Positions 1 to 10,657 are shown, counted from the first letter of the stretch. The stretch: 64,000 nt of DNA from an uncultured bacterium (GCA_963705505.1 CAVPJU010000008.1:31407-95406), one strand, 5' to 3'. Made by a program: numbers and translations. The notes: generated by a model not told the origin, from the sequence alone.

Positions 1-435
1 TTCTTTAATCGCGAGCGGCAGGTCTTTGGTCTTTCTGACGAGGTAGTTGTGCTTCGTGCACGGACGCGTTATGCCTATATGATCGGCTTCCTGGAACGCG
101 TCGCTGCCTAAATAAGGCAGCGGCACCTGCCCGGTGAATACGACGACAGGGGACGAGTCCATCTGCGCTGTCGCGATCCCCGTAACGGTGTTAGTCGCGG
201 CCGGACCGGATGTGCAAAGAACTACCCCGGGCTTCCCCGAGGCCCTCGCATAGCCGTCCGCCATGTGCGTCGCGCCCTGCTCGTGCCTGGCAAGAACGTG
301 CCTGATCCTGTCCGAGTATTTGGGCATGACGTCGTACACCTTGAGCACGTATCCCCCCGGCAGTCCGAACACCACGTCTATGCCCTCGTGTATCAGAGTC
401 TCGAAAAACATCTCGGCACCAATCATTCTTGCCAT
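1..435 (-). CDS. ilvB: Acetolactate synthase large subunit (5' part; runs off window start)
   Basis: Manual translation from ATG 435: [28 protein letters not shown]...[47 protein letters not shown], the TPP-enzyme N-terminal signature. Confidence 0.92.
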   Translation of the reverse strand, partial: MARMIGAEMFFETLIHEGIDVVFGLPGGYVLKVYDVMPKYSDRIRHVLARHEQGATHMADGYARASGKPGVVLCTSGPAATNTVTGIATAQMDSSPVVVFTGQVPLPYLGSDAFQEADHIGITRPCTKHNYLVRKTKDLPLAIKE

Positions 436-497
436 TTTAAAATTACCCCCGTATTTTATGCACGGCGCTTTCTGTCACGGAGCGCGGTGCAGTTATT

Positions 498-713
498 TTA
501 TTTGTGCTTCCATTCCGCGATTTTCGCTTCCATCCTGTCCTTTAGCGAAAGCTTTATTTTCTTCAGCTTCCTGACTTCCATTTCATCGTCGAGAGTCAGA
601 GTGCCTTTACTCTCCAGGCTCCTCACGACATCGTCGAGCTCCCTGTGCTCGAAGTAGATGCGCTTAAACTCCTCGTCCCCTTCGAGCAGCTGTTCAATTA
701 TGTCCGTTTCCAT
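498..713 (-). CDS. DUF465/YdcH-like small coiled-coil protein
   Basis: 71 aa with EHRELD...LKKIKLSLKDRM pattern. Confidence 0.75.
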   Translation of the reverse strand: METDIIEQLLEGDEEFKRIYFEHRELDDVVRSLESKGTLTLDDEMEVRKLKKIKLSLKDRMEAKIAEWKHK

Positions 714-1419
714 TATGGTGTCTCCCCTTTATCGATAATTCTGCGTCTGGCTTTCTCAAATACACCGGCGCGAGCAGAAGCGCATCGTCCTCCTGTCCCG
801 CCTTAAGCCTGTTAAAACCGTAAAACGCGAGCGCTGACGCCCTCGGGTAGTTCAGATAAGGAGGGCAGAACAATGCCGACTCAAGCCCCCCCAGCTTATT
901 ATGTTCCAGAAAATCCCTATAAAGTAAAGCGCCTTCGCCTATAAATATGGTTTTTTCCTTTATTATTTCCGCAAGCGCCGCGGGCGTTATAATCATGTCT
1001 TCGGTAATCCTTGCGGCCCGCCCCTCATCAGTCCTGAATATGGCTGCGAAAAGCTCACCCTTCCTCGCGTCGAGCGCCGTGCATATCTGAAAGGACGAAA
1101 AGGGCGCGTTCATAGCCAGGAGCTCGAGTGAAGACACTCCCGCAACGGGTATCCCGAGAGAATACGCGATACCCTTCGCCGTGGAGATGCCGACCCGGAG
1201 CGCCGTAAAGGAACCAGGCCCCAGCGATACCGCGACGCCCCCGAGCGCCTTTTTGTCCATATCCAGTTCCCCGAGAAGGCGGTCGATCGAGGGTACGAGC
1301 CTCTCCGAGTGGGAAGGCCCCATATTCAAATAGTATTCCCCCAGTATCTCGCCGCCGTCTGAGACAGCGATGCTCCCCGAATACGTAGATGTTTCGATCG
1401 CCAGTATTTTCATCTTCAC
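694..1419 (-). CDS. tsaB: tRNA threonylcarbamoyladenosine biosynthesis protein TsaB
   Basis: ILAIETS, HSERL, GPGSFTALRVG, DARKGE, PVYLR motifs. Confidence 0.95.
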   Translation of the reverse strand: MKMKILAIETSTYSGSIAVSDGGEILGEYYLNMGPSHSERLVPSIDRLLGELDMDKKALGGVAVSLGPGSFTALRVGISTAKGIAYSLGIPVAGVSSLELLAMNAPFSSFQICTALDARKGELFAAIFRTDEGRAARITEDMIITPAALAEIIKEKTIFIGEGALLYRDFLEHNKLGGLESALFCPPYLNYPRASALAFYGFNRLKAGQEDDALLLAPVYLRKPDAELSIKGRHHNGNGHN

Positions 1420-1535
1420 TACTTATAAATTATATCAAATTATAACGGATTGCCTCAAGTACGGAAAGGAATTAAAACCTTTATGTTCGACCGGCGCCCG
1501 GAGCCCGCTCGTATATTTGATGTCTTGTGTGCCGG

Positions 1536-2669
1536 TTATCTCGAGGTTTGTTTCCCGAAGGTTTCTTCCCTTATCAGCGAGCCTGATCCCGATGTGATGC
1601 CCTCGATCCTCATTGCGAGGTCGTTGCGGTTCGTCGCCTGTATCATCGCCTCGTCGTATGTGATCTTGTCGCTCTTGTATAGGTTATAGAGGCACTGGTC
1701 GAAGGTCTGCATCCCGTAGTGGAGGCTCCCTTCATGTATGGCCTGCCTGATCTCCCACGTCTTCTGCGGATCCGCTATCAGGTCCTTTACACGCTCAGTC
1801 GCTATCAGTATCTCAGCCGCCGGCACGCGAGACTTTCCGTCCGCGGTGGGGACGAGCCTCTGCGATATAATCGCCTTCAGTACCTGAGAAAGCTGGTACC
1901 TGACCTGGTTGTGCTGGTGGGGCGGGAATATCGTCAGCATACGGTTTATGGACTCCTGGGCATCCAGAGTGTGGAGAGTCGTAAGCACGAGGTGCCCCGT
2001 CTCGGCGGCCGACAGGCATATCTCCATTGTTTCGAGGTCCCTCATCTCGCCGACGAGTATAACGTCCGGGTCTTCCCTGAGCGCCGCCCTCATGGCGTTC
2101 GCAAAGGACATCGTGTCGATGCCTATCTCCCTCTGGTTTATGTAGCTGGTCGCGTCCTCGTGCATATATTCGAGCGGGTCCTCGACCGTTATAATGTGCC
2201 TGGCCCTGTTCCTGTTGATGTAATCGACTATCGCAGCCAGCGTCGTGGACTTTCCGCTCCCGGTCGTCCCCGTGACGATTACGAGCCCCCTCTCCTCGCT
2301 TGCGATCTTTTCCATCACGGACGGGAGATTGAGTGAGGTGAAATTCAGTATATTGTAAGGGATCGTCCTTATCGCGATAGAGAGCGTGCCCCTCTGCTGG
2401 AAGACATTCACTCTGAACCTGGAGAGGCCGTGGATGCTGTATGCAAGGTCCATCTCGTAGAGGGTCTCGAACTTCACACGCTGGGCGGGGTTCATCATCT
2501 GGAGCGCCATGTCCCTCACGTCTTCGACCGTGAGCTCGGGCGCGTTCTTTACAGGAGCCAGCTTCCCCTCCACGCGGAGTATGGGGTGTCTCCCCGTGCC
2601 GATATGCACATCCGATGCGCCGAGCCTAACAGCAGCCCGGAGTATATCGTCTATGTTTATGGACCCCAT
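1536..2669 (-). CDS. pilT: Type IV pilus twitching-motility ATPase (PilT/PilU family)
   Basis: ASDVH, RFRVNVF, Walker A GTTGSGKST, EDPLE, LREDPDVILVGEMRD, GMQTFD. Confidence 0.9.
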   Translation of the reverse strand: MGSINIDDILRAAVRLGASDVHIGTGRHPILRVEGKLAPVKNAPELTVEDVRDMALQMMNPAQRVKFETLYEMDLAYSIHGLSRFRVNVFQQRGTLSIAIRTIPYNILNFTSLNLPSVMEKIASEERGLVIVTGTTGSGKSTTLAAIVDYINRNRARHIITVEDPLEYMHEDATSYINQREIGIDTMSFANAMRAALREDPDVILVGEMRDLETMEICLSAAETGHLVLTTLHTLDAQESINRMLTIFPPHQHNQVRYQLSQVLKAIISQRLVPTADGKSRVPAAEILIATERVKDLIADPQKTWEIRQAIHEGSLHYGMQTFDQCLYNLYKSDKITYDEAMIQATNRNDLAMRIEGITSGSGSLIREETFGKQTSR

Positions 2670-3713
2670 CTACTTCTCCTCGGTTTTCTCAGTCTTGACA
2701 ACCCCGGTTTTGGACAATATATCGCCCTTCAGCTTCTCAGCCATTTCCGGGTTGTCCTTGAGGAAAGCCCTTGCGTTCTCTCTTCCCTGTCCGAGCCTCT
2801 CTCCCCCGTACGAAAACCAGGTGCCGCTCTTCTCGACTATGTTCATCTTCGAACCCATGTCGACGAGCTCGCCCGTCTGGGAGATTCCGCTCCCGAACAT
2901 TATATCGAACTCCGCATCCCTGAACGGCGGGGACACCTTGTTCTTGACTACCTTTGCCCTGACCCTGTTCCCCGCGACCTCGTCCCCTTCCTTGATCGAG
3001 CCGATGCGCCTCACGTCTATCCTCACGGAGGAATAGAACCTGAGCGCCGTTCCGCCGCTCGTGGTCTCGGGGTTCATGTACGGGAGAGTCCCTATCTTCA
3101 TCCTTGTCTGGTTGACGAAAATAACCAGAGTATTCGACCTGCTTACAGTAGCCGTGATTTTCCTGAGCGCCTGGGACATGAGCCTCGCCTGAAGCCCTAC
3201 GTGCGCGTCCCCCATCTCGCCCTCTATCTCCGCCCTCGGCGTGAGCGCCGCGACGGAATCGAGCACTATGACGTCGACCGCGCCGCTCCTTACGAGCGTG
3301 TCCACTATTTCGAGCGCCTGCTCGCCGAAGTCCGGCTGCGATATGAGGAGGTCGTCAATTTTTACTCCCAGGTTCTGCGCGTAGTTGGGGTCGAGCGCGT
3401 GCTCGGCGTCGACGAATGCGGCTATTCCGCCTTTCTTATGGGCCTCCGCAATTACGTGCAGCGCGAGCGTCGTCTTACCCGAGGCTTCCGGTCCGAATAT
3501 CTCGATTATCCTTCCCCTGGGATATCCCCCCACTCCGAGCGCTATATCGAGCCCGAGCGAGCCCGATGATATTACGGAGAGCTGGGGAATGGGCGTCCCT
3601 GCGCCGAGCCTCATAATAGCTCCCTTTCCGAACTGCTTCTCTATGGAAGATATCGCGAGCTCTATTGTTTTTTCTTTGTCCGATGAATCCTGTGCAAATG
3701 ATTGTTTGGCCAT
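2670..3713 (-). CDS. recA: Recombinase RecA
   Basis: [35 protein letters not shown]. Confidence 0.99.
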   Translation of the reverse strand: MAKQSFAQDSSDKEKTIELAISSIEKQFGKGAIMRLGAGTPIPQLSVISSGSLGLDIALGVGGYPRGRIIEIFGPEASGKTTLALHVIAEAHKKGGIAAFVDAEHALDPNYAQNLGVKIDDLLISQPDFGEQALEIVDTLVRSGAVDVIVLDSVAALTPRAEIEGEMGDAHVGLQARLMSQALRKITATVSRSNTLVIFVNQTRMKIGTLPYMNPETTSGGTALRFYSSVRIDVRRIGSIKEGDEVAGNRVRAKVVKNKVSPPFRDAEFDIMFGSGISQTGELVDMGSKMNIVEKSGTWFSYGGERLGQGRENARAFLKDNPEMAEKLKGDILSKTGVVKTEKTEEK

Positions 3714-3726
3714 AATAGCTCCTAAA

Positions 3727-4968
3727 TTATACGTTATTTAAAAAAATTTGCATAATAAAACTAAGCGCGTGAGAGGACGTGACTAACTTTATCTCCTCGC
3801 GCGTCCCGTGAAAGAGGAATTTCTCGGAGCGCGCCCCTTTTTTCTGCGAGTCGATACCAATGAAAACAGTGCCGACAGGCTTCTCGGGTGTGCCGCCGCT
3901 AGGCCCCGCAATGCCTGAAACGCCTATTCCTATATCAGAGCCCGCAAGCATCCTCACACCGCTAGCCATCGCTTCGACGACAGGGGCGCTCACGGCGCCA
4001 TGGGCCTTGATAATTTCCTCGGGCACCCCGAGTATCTTAACCTTTGCTTCGTTACTATACGAGACGACCCCTTCCAGGAAATAATCGGAGCTGCCCGGAA
4101 CGTTCGTTATCCTGTCGGCGATGAGGCCGCCGGTGCAGGACTCAGCCGTCGCGAGTGTCATTTCGTGCTTCCTCAGAAGCTTGCCCGCGACCTCTTCCAT
4201 GGTCTCCCCTTCGGTCGAGAATACATACGCGCTCAATCTCGATCGAACGTCCTTGACGAATTCCGCCATAAGCGCCTCCGCGACATCATTCGAGTCCCCG
4301 TATGCCGTGACACGCAGGTGCACCTCCGGGAAATGAGCCCTGTACCCGAGCTTGATCCCGTCCCTCTCGATACCTTCGAGCTTGATTGCGACCTCCGATT
4401 CGGGAAGGCCGAACGTCTTTATGAGCTTCGCCCGAAAAGGCTTCCTGCTGCTGTCCCGGCTCTCCAGCTCAGGGATCACGTACTCATCCATCATCGCCCT
4501 GAATTCCTTGGGCACTCCGGGGAGGAAATAAAATACAGCCCCTCCCTTTTCAATGCTGAACCCGGGCGCGGTCCCCCAGTGGTTTATCAATACTCGTGAT
4601 CCGCGCGGAAGAAAAGCCTGTTTCCTGTTCATGTCCGTAAGGACCCTGCCCCTCTTGCTTAGCCTTTCTTCGATTGACCTCACCGCCCGCATGTTCAGCT
4701 CGAGAGGGACACCGGAGAACTCCGCAGCGACCTCAGAAGTCAGATCGTCGGACGTGGGACCGAGACCGCCCGAAACTATAACTGCATCGGCTCTGCCCGA
4801 GGCGATCCCGAAAGCAGAAGAAATTCTAGCCTTATCGTCCCCGACCGTCGTGTGGAAGTCTATGCCGAAACCCCTGGACGATAGAACGTCCCCTGCCCAG
4901 GAGAAATTCCTGTCCTGAGTGAGACCGCTCATAAGCTCATCGCCCGTCGTTATGATTTCTATTCGCAT
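3727..4968 (-). CDS. cinA: Competence/damage-inducible protein CinA (MoCF domain + NMN deamidase)
   Basis: [39 protein letters not shown]; directly upstream of recA. Confidence 0.95.
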   Translation of the reverse strand: MRIEIITTGDELMSGLTQDRNFSWAGDVLSSRGFGIDFHTTVGDDKARISSAFGIASGRADAVIVSGGLGPTSDDLTSEVAAEFSGVPLELNMRAVRSIEERLSKRGRVLTDMNRKQAFLPRGSRVLINHWGTAPGFSIEKGGAVFYFLPGVPKEFRAMMDEYVIPELESRDSSRKPFRAKLIKTFGLPESEVAIKLEGIERDGIKLGYRAHFPEVHLRVTAYGDSNDVAEALMAEFVKDVRSRLSAYVFSTEGETMEEVAGKLLRKHEMTLATAESCTGGLIADRITNVPGSSDYFLEGVVSYSNEAKVKILGVPEEIIKAHGAVSAPVVEAMASGVRMLAGSDIGIGVSGIAGPSGGTPEKPVGTVFIGIDSQKKGARSEKFLFHGTREEIKLVTSSHALSFIMQIFLNNV

Positions 4969-4983
4969 GTTTTAAAGGATATC

Positions 4984-5090
4984 GATTCCCGCTTTCGCGG
5001 GAATGACAAATTAAAAAACCTCGGAAACATTGCATTTAGTCCTTAAAGTTTGTTTATCTGTCATTCCCGAATGCCTGTATCGGGAATCCA
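4984..5090. repeat. Inverted pair of GTCA-tagged REP-like palindromes
   Basis: GATTCCCGCTTTCGCGGGAATGAC (4984-5007, minus copy) and GTCATTCCCGAATGCCTGTATCGGGAATCCA (5060-5090); solo copies at 16169, 31530, 45728. Confidence 0.9.
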
Positions 5091-5094
5091 TTCT

Positions 5095-5388
5095 TTACTT
5101 TATTAATTCCTCGTATAGATCATTCCAATCAGGATTAAACTGCTCTATAAGTTCAATCTTCCACTGCCTATTCCACTTCTTCAGCATTTTTTCACGTTCA
5201 ATAGCACTATAAATATCATTAGTATGTTCATAATACACGAGTTTTCGGACTTTATATTTTTTTGTAAATCCATCTAACATTTCACTTCGATGTTCGAAAA
5301 CCCTTCTTAGTAAGTCGTTAGTAACACCAATATACAGAGTCCCATTCTTCTTGCTTGCCAGGATATAAACATAATAATCCAAATTCAT
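5095..5388 (-). CDS. Stand-alone GIY-YIG nuclease (UPF0213-like)
   Basis: YYVYILASKKNGTLYIGVTNDLLRRVFEH...AIEREKMLKKWNRQWKIELIEQFNPDW; AT-rich compared with neighbours. Confidence 0.92.
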   Translation of the reverse strand: MNLDYYVYILASKKNGTLYIGVTNDLLRRVFEHRSEMLDGFTKKYKVRKLVYYEHTNDIYSAIEREKMLKKWNRQWKIELIEQFNPDWNDLYEELIK

Positions 5389-5485
5389 TACCAAACTTGA
5401 ATGCTTCTCCGTAAAAGCTGTGATCCGATTGAATAAGCTGACTTGTAATAGTATTGAGGTTGAACCAAATTAGAACGAAAATCAA

Positions 5486-5938
5486 CTACAGCAAAACCCT
5501 CGCAATAATCTGAAGCACGATGTTCGCGTACACGCCCGCCATCACATCGTCCATCACGACTCCGAGCCCGCCGTTTAAACTCTCGGCCTGCCTCGAAGGG
5601 GGCGGTTTCACTATATCAAACAGCCTGAAGAGGAAAAACCCGATTATCACGTTCGGGAGAGTGAGGGGGACGAGTATCATCGTAACGAGGTATCCGCAGA
5701 CCTCATCCGCGACTATCAGCCCCGGGTCTTTCTCCCCGAAGATGCCCTCCGCGACCCCTGCCGCCCAGACGGATAGAATTATGAATATCACGGTGAACGG
5801 GATGTAGAAATAATAAGGAAGAAACGAAACGATGTAGTAGAGCGGTACCGCGGCCAGGGTCCCCAGAGTCCCGGGCGCGTACGGGAAGTACCCGACGTAG
5901 AAAAAGGTTGCAATGAGCTTTGCAATCCTTATTTTCAC
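5486..5938 (-). CDS. pgpA: Phosphatidylglycerophosphatase A
   Basis: APGTLGT, DPGLIVADEV, FRLFDIVKP, GVVMDDVMAG. Confidence 0.95.
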   Translation of the reverse strand: MKIRIAKLIATFFYVGYFPYAPGTLGTLAAVPLYYIVSFLPYYFYIPFTVIFIILSVWAAGVAEGIFGEKDPGLIVADEVCGYLVTMILVPLTLPNVIIGFFLFRLFDIVKPPPSRQAESLNGGLGVVMDDVMAGVYANIVLQIIARVLL

Positions 5939-6431
5939 CTAAGAGATTGCCCCTTCCACCCTGAGGAGGTCTTTTTTTATATCTATACCGGATGAATAAC
6001 CGCCGAGCCCGTTCGAAGCGAGCACCCTGTGACAGGGGATCACTATCGGTATCGGATTGGCTCCGACAGCGTTCCCGACGGCCCTCGACGCTCCGGGCCT
6101 GCCGACGCTCTCAGCGATCTCCTTATACGTGACAGTCTCCCCGTAGGGTATGTCCAGGAGTTTATTCCAGACGGATATTTGAAACGGAGTGCCTTCGGAT
6201 ACGTCGATGCCGGTCTTGAATTCGGAGAGCTTCCCGTCGAAGTAGAGCTCAAGCTCATATGCCATATCAGCCGCGGCTCCTCCTTCGAGAATGTGCGCGC
6301 CGTTCAGTCCGTCGAGGTGGTTCCTGAACCCCTTCTCGCCAAATATTATTCTGGAGACGCCCTATCGGACCCGACAGAATGAAGACCTGGCCGACGCGCG
6401 TGATGACTGATGAATAATTAATTTGACTCAT
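5939..6431 (-). pseudogene. ogt: Methylated-DNA-protein-cysteine methyltransferase with a +1 frameshift near 6362-6366 (real or assembly error)
   Basis: C-terminal GTPFQ...IPCHRV intact (ORF 5939-6265). ATG 6431 reads MSQINYSSVITRVGQVFILSGP, then continues GVSRIIFG...DMAYELE only after removing one base. Confidence 0.8.
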
Positions 6432-6479
6432 TCTATTCTTCTCAACGAATCAGTTTCCACGCACTATGTTGATTGTCAA

Positions 6480-6588
6480 GGCATAATGTGTGCTCATATA
6501 CGATTCCCCCATAACTCTTCTGCCCAGCCAACTATCAAAGTCAATCCCGTTCGTCTCTCGGCACAGAATCTGCGCTCATATACGATCC
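6480..6588 (-). repeat. Degenerate copies of the AATCGTATATGAGCACACATTGTGTGCC module
   Basis: GGCATAATGTGTGCTCATATACGATT at 6480 and GCGCTCATATACGATC at ~6571 match copies at 16645, 23737, 45963. Confidence 0.7.
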
Positions 6589-6723
6589 TACATCAGTCAT
6601 CCGTGCCAGCAATAGAACCGTATGTCCGCGGCGACTCGCCGCCTTGAAATTCCCCCCAAAGTACGTAATATCTCTACTGCAATTTTAAGAGATTAAATAA
6701 CCGACAAGGGGGATTTACAGGGC

Positions 6724-7527
6724 ATGGCGCACGGACTGGAGAACAACTGGGCATTGATACTGGGAGCATCGAGCGGATTCGGCGAAGCCGCCGCCCTGGA
6801 GCTCGCATCGCACGGAATGAATATATTCGGCGTCCACCTCGACAGGAAATCCACGATGCCCAAGGTCGAGGAAATAAAAGAGAAGATAAAAGAAAAGGGA
6901 CGGCAGACGAGCTTCTTCAACGTGAACGCAGCCGACCCCGAGCAGAGGGCGGAGACCTTAGGCGAAATAGAGCAGATACTGGATGAGCACAGGAACCCTT
7001 CCGGGATAAAGGTGCTCATACATTCCCTCGCATTCGGCACGCTGAAACCCTATATCGGGGAGACGGAGAAGGACAGGGTATCCAACAAGAACATGGACAT
7101 GACGCTCGACGTAATGGCGCATTCTCTCGTTTACTGGGCTCAGGAGATAGTGAGCAGGAGGATGATGGTCGAGGGCGGAAGGATATTCGCCATGACGAGC
7201 GCGGGCGGTCACAGGGTATGGCCCACGTACGGCCCCGTCTCGGCCTCGAAAGCAGCTTTGGAATCCCACATCCGACAGCTCGCGGTAGAGCTGGCTAAGC
7301 ACAAGATCACGGCGAACGCCATACAGGCCGGCGTTACCGAGACCCCGGCGCTCAGCAAGATTCCGGGAAGCGAGGAGATTATCAAGCACGCCCTCGCGGT
7401 GAACCCGGCGGGCAGGCTTACTACCACGTCCGACGTGGCTCAGGCGATAGCCGCCCTCTCCGTATCCGGCACTCACTGGCTCACGGGGAACGTCATCAAA
7501 GTCGACGGCGGGGAGGACCTCATCTAG
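6724..7527 (+). CDS. SDR oxidoreductase, enoyl-ACP reductase FabL/FabI-like
   Basis: GASSGFG, Y-x6-K (YGPVSASK), TGNVIKVDGG. Confidence 0.8.
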   Translation: MAHGLENNWALILGASSGFGEAAALELASHGMNIFGVHLDRKSTMPKVEEIKEKIKEKGRQTSFFNVNAADPEQRAETLGEIEQILDEHRNPSGIKVLIHSLAFGTLKPYIGETEKDRVSNKNMDMTLDVMAHSLVYWAQEIVSRRMMVEGGRIFAMTSAGGHRVWPTYGPVSASKAALESHIRQLAVELAKHKITANAIQAGVTETPALSKIPGSEEIIKHALAVNPAGRLTTTSDVAQAIAALSVSGTHWLTGNVIKVDGGEDLI

Positions 7528-7578
7528 CCCGCGCACATCGCTATGGCCGGGTCGGATCAGCATTCCGGTAATTAAAAA

Positions 7579-9015
7579 ATGGAAAAGAAAGTAACCCTCT
7601 ACAACACGCTCACACAGAAAAAGGAAGAGCTCGTCCCGCACGAGAAAAACAGGATAAAGATGTACGTCTGCGGCCCGACCGTGTACGACTCCGCCCACCT
7701 CGGACACGCGAGGGCTGCCGTCACGTTCGACGTCATAGAGAGGTTCCTCTCACATCTCGGCTATGAAGTAACGTACGTGAGGAACTTTACCGACATTGAC
7801 GACAAGATAATAAACAGGGCAAACGAAACGGGAATTCCGCCCAACGAAATCTCGGAGAAGTACATACAGGAATACAGGGAAGACATGGCTTCGATAGGGG
7901 TGCGGAGGCCGACGGTCGAGCCCAAAGTTACCGAGCACGTACCCGAAATAATCGACCTTATAGAAAGGATAATCGACAACGGCTACGCCTATCAGTCGGG
8001 CGACGACGTATTTTTCTCCGTCAAGAAGTTCAAGGGCTACGGTAAGCTTTCGAAGAGAGACCCCGACGACATGCTCGCGGGGACGAGGATAGACATAAAC
8101 GAGAAGAAAGAGGACCCGCTCGACTTCGCGCTCTGGAAAGGCGCGAAGCCCGGAGAGCCCTTCTGGGGAAGTCCCTGGGGCAGCGGACGCCCCGGATGGC
8201 ACATCGAGTGCTCGACGATGAGCATGAAGTATTTGGGAGAGAGCTTCGACATACACGGGGGCGGGAAGGACCTCATATTCCCCCACCACGAGAACGAAAT
8301 AGCCCAGTCGGAAGCCGCCACGGGTAAGGAATTCGCAAAATACTGGGTCCATAACGGACTCATTCAGATAAACCGCGAGAAGATGTCGAAATCCATAGGC
8401 AATATATTGAACGTGAGGGAAGCCGTCACCATGTGGAACAGGGAAGCGATAAGGCTCTTCTTCCTCTCCCACCAGTATTTAAATCCGGCTGACTTCTCGG
8501 ATACGACAATGGACGAGGCCGAAGCCGCTCTCGAAAGGCTCTACATCACGCTCAAGCGGGCTAAAGACCAGAGGAAAGACAAGAGCGGGGACGACGCCGA
8601 GCTTGCGGGCGCGGTGGCTTCATTCAGTCAGAAATGGGTAGAGACAATGTGCGACGATTTCAACACCGCTGACGCTATAGGCAACCTCTTCGAGCTCACG
8701 CGCGCGGTTAACAGGTCGATAGACTCCAGGGGATGGACGCCCGCGCTCGATAAAGCACTCAAGGAAATAGGGCATTTCGGCACCGCGCTCGGGATACTCG
8801 AGTACGAGCCTGACGAATATCTGCAAGGGCTCAAGCTAGAGAAAAAATCTGCCGGGATCACCGAGCAGGAGATCGAAGAGCTTATAAAGGAAAGGAATTC
8901 AGCGAGGTCGGAAAAGAACTGGAAGCGCGCAGACGAGATCAGGGAGCAGCTGAGCTCGCAGGGCATACTCCTCGAAGACAAGTCCGAAGGCACAATCTGG
9001 CGTGTGAAGGGCTAA
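7579..9015 (+). CDS. cysS: Cysteine--tRNA ligase
   Basis: CGPTVYD, HLGH, GRPGWHIEC, FPHHENE, KMSKS. Confidence 0.99.
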   Translation: MEKKVTLYNTLTQKKEELVPHEKNRIKMYVCGPTVYDSAHLGHARAAVTFDVIERFLSHLGYEVTYVRNFTDIDDKIINRANETGIPPNEISEKYIQEYREDMASIGVRRPTVEPKVTEHVPEIIDLIERIIDNGYAYQSGDDVFFSVKKFKGYGKLSKRDPDDMLAGTRIDINEKKEDPLDFALWKGAKPGEPFWGSPWGSGRPGWHIECSTMSMKYLGESFDIHGGGKDLIFPHHENEIAQSEAATGKEFAKYWVHNGLIQINREKMSKSIGNILNVREAVTMWNREAIRLFFLSHQYLNPADFSDTTMDEAEAALERLYITLKRAKDQRKDKSGDDAELAGAVASFSQKWVETMCDDFNTADAIGNLFELTRAVNRSIDSRGWTPALDKALKEIGHFGTALGILEYEPDEYLQGLKLEKKSAGITEQEIEELIKERNSARSEKNWKRADEIREQLSSQGILLEDKSEGTIWRVKG

Positions 9016-9116
9016 CTAAAGCACCCCCCTCGATTCAATCTACAAACTGTCGATTTTAATTAGAGTATGAAAAGCGTCTCCTGATTTCTCGGAGCTCGAA
9101 GATATTGCGTCCGGTC

Positions 9117-10085
9117 TCAAACCCATACGCCCATGTATTCGAGCGCGCGCCTGATACTGGCCGGGGTCTGGGTCTCCCCGCGGCATGCGTACCAGCACGC
9201 CGTACATTTGGTCTCTTCGTAGAGCTTCGGCGTATATTCGGAGTAATGAGTGGTGATGGGCATTTCGGAGCACCGTTTTAAATGTCCCGACGGCGTAACC
9301 TGTATGTGGCTTATCCCTGCGGTGCATCCCGGTATCCCGCCCGTTTCGAAATACCTCGGTATCTCCTTCAGGTAATACTCTGTCGATAGTATCGTTCCCT
9401 TCCACGTCTTCCTGAGCCTTATAAGCTCGTCTACAAGTTTCTTCACCCTTTCGAGCTCTTTCGGATGTACGAAATGGGTCTCGTTGTTCGTCTTCATAAC
9501 AGAATACGAGCTGAACGAGATACCTATCCCCCACTCCCTCGCCTTCGCCGCGAGCTCGGGTATGGAGTCGATGTTGTCCTCCATGATTATAGTGTTGAGC
9601 GTCACCTTCCCCTTGGGGAATCTCTTTCCGAGCACGGGAAGAAGCTCCGAGAGGTGGTCCCAGAGCCCGGGCACCCCCCTGTAGGTGTCGTGCATCTTCC
9701 CCGGGAAATCGAGGGATATCGCTATCTGGTTTATCCCCGCGTCGTAAAGCTCCTTCGCCTTGTCCACGGTCAGGAGGTCTCCCTTCGTGACCATCGACGT
9801 GAAGATAAAATAGGACGACTCCTTCACCTGCCTGACTATATCGGGGAGGTCTTTTCTCAGCATAGGCTCGCCGCCGGTAATAACGACGACGAGAGGGTTT
9901 ATCAGCTTTATGACCGGCCTGTAATCGTAGATACGCTCCTCGTGCCTCGTCTGCCAGTAGTCGCAGAAATCGCACTTCGCGTTACAGAGCTTCGTGATCT
10001 CGAGGTTTACGAGCTTGGGGCGTCCCGTGAACCGTGTCTGGAAATATTTAATGGCCCCGAACAGGCTTTCCTGTGGTGTAATCAT
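9117..10085 (-). CDS. Radical SAM enzyme with C-terminal SPASM/Twitch-like cysteines
   Basis: CNAKCDFC, TGGEP; C-terminal CTAG...RC...CTACWYAC. Confidence 0.9.
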   Translation of the reverse strand: MITPQESLFGAIKYFQTRFTGRPKLVNLEITKLCNAKCDFCDYWQTRHEERIYDYRPVIKLINPLVVVITGGEPMLRKDLPDIVRQVKESSYFIFTSMVTKGDLLTVDKAKELYDAGINQIAISLDFPGKMHDTYRGVPGLWDHLSELLPVLGKRFPKGKVTLNTIIMEDNIDSIPELAAKAREWGIGISFSSYSVMKTNNETHFVHPKELERVKKLVDELIRLRKTWKGTILSTEYYLKEIPRYFETGGIPGCTAGISHIQVTPSGHLKRCSEMPITTHYSEYTPKLYEETKCTACWYACRGETQTPASIRRALEYMGVWV

Positions 10086-10240
10086 TATAGGATTTATACA
10101 TTACCCGCCCCGGGTTTTCAAGCGAAGCTTTCAGAATTCAATATTGAAGAAGACAACCGCCTGGCTTCGAATGGGAATAATACGACGGAAGCGACCCTCC
10201 CCTGAGCCTTTTGCAAACACAATACTCACAACAAAACGTA

Positions 10241-10269
10241 TTGACTTATCCCTGCCGATTTACTTTAAT
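10241..10269 (+). promoter_or_regulatory. Sigma70-type promoter of Zn-finger gene 1
   Basis: TTGACT-17 nt-TTTAAT. Confidence 0.65.
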
Positions 10270-10323
10270 AATTGGAATATGGCTCTGTTACGATTTTGAT
10301 CTTGTATATACAAGGTGAAACGG

Positions 10324-10629
10324 ATGTCGATGAAAACGTTAACGAGAGAGCTCTTTCAGTGCGACCATACGGACGAGAGCGGGGAGAGGTGCGAAAGGGA
10401 GGGCAACAGGGACGCGATAAAGACGTGCGGAGTTTGCGGGAAGGACCTCTGTATCACGCACTCCGAGCTCGCGACCGTGACGCTCCAGGGGACGAGAGAC
10501 TACTTCACGTACTATTTCTGCGTGCACCACACGGACGAGTTCCTGGATACGCTCGCCCGAAAGTACGGAGACACGAGGCCCATACCCCAGACGGGGTACG
10601 GCGTTACCCTGCCCCGGACGCGGCATTGA
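10324..10629 (+). CDS. Small Cys/His-rich putative zinc-binding protein (paralog 1)
   Basis: FQCDH-x7-C...CGVCGKDLCITH...FCVHH; paralogous to 10744-11028. Confidence 0.8.
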   Translation: MSMKTLTRELFQCDHTDESGERCEREGNRDAIKTCGVCGKDLCITHSELATVTLQGTRDYFTYYFCVHHTDEFLDTLARKYGDTRPIPQTGYGVTLPRTRH

Positions 10630-10657
10630 ATTCGAGGACTCGCCCTATAAAACCATA

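Noticed and set aside
459-491. Hairpin upstream of ilvB as an attenuator or riboswitch
   Set aside because: No leader peptide, poly-U tract or recognisable aptamer
2430-3569. Long antisense or alternate-frame ORFs (e.g. 2430-3569, 9040-9975, 22463-23407, 29762-30652, 32784-33746, 41658-42983)
   Set aside because: Shadows of well-supported genes caused by GC-rich codon usage; no motifs or RBS
1536-3713. recA directly abutting pilT
   Set aside because: Arrangement is familiar from deltaproteobacterial genomes; not novel
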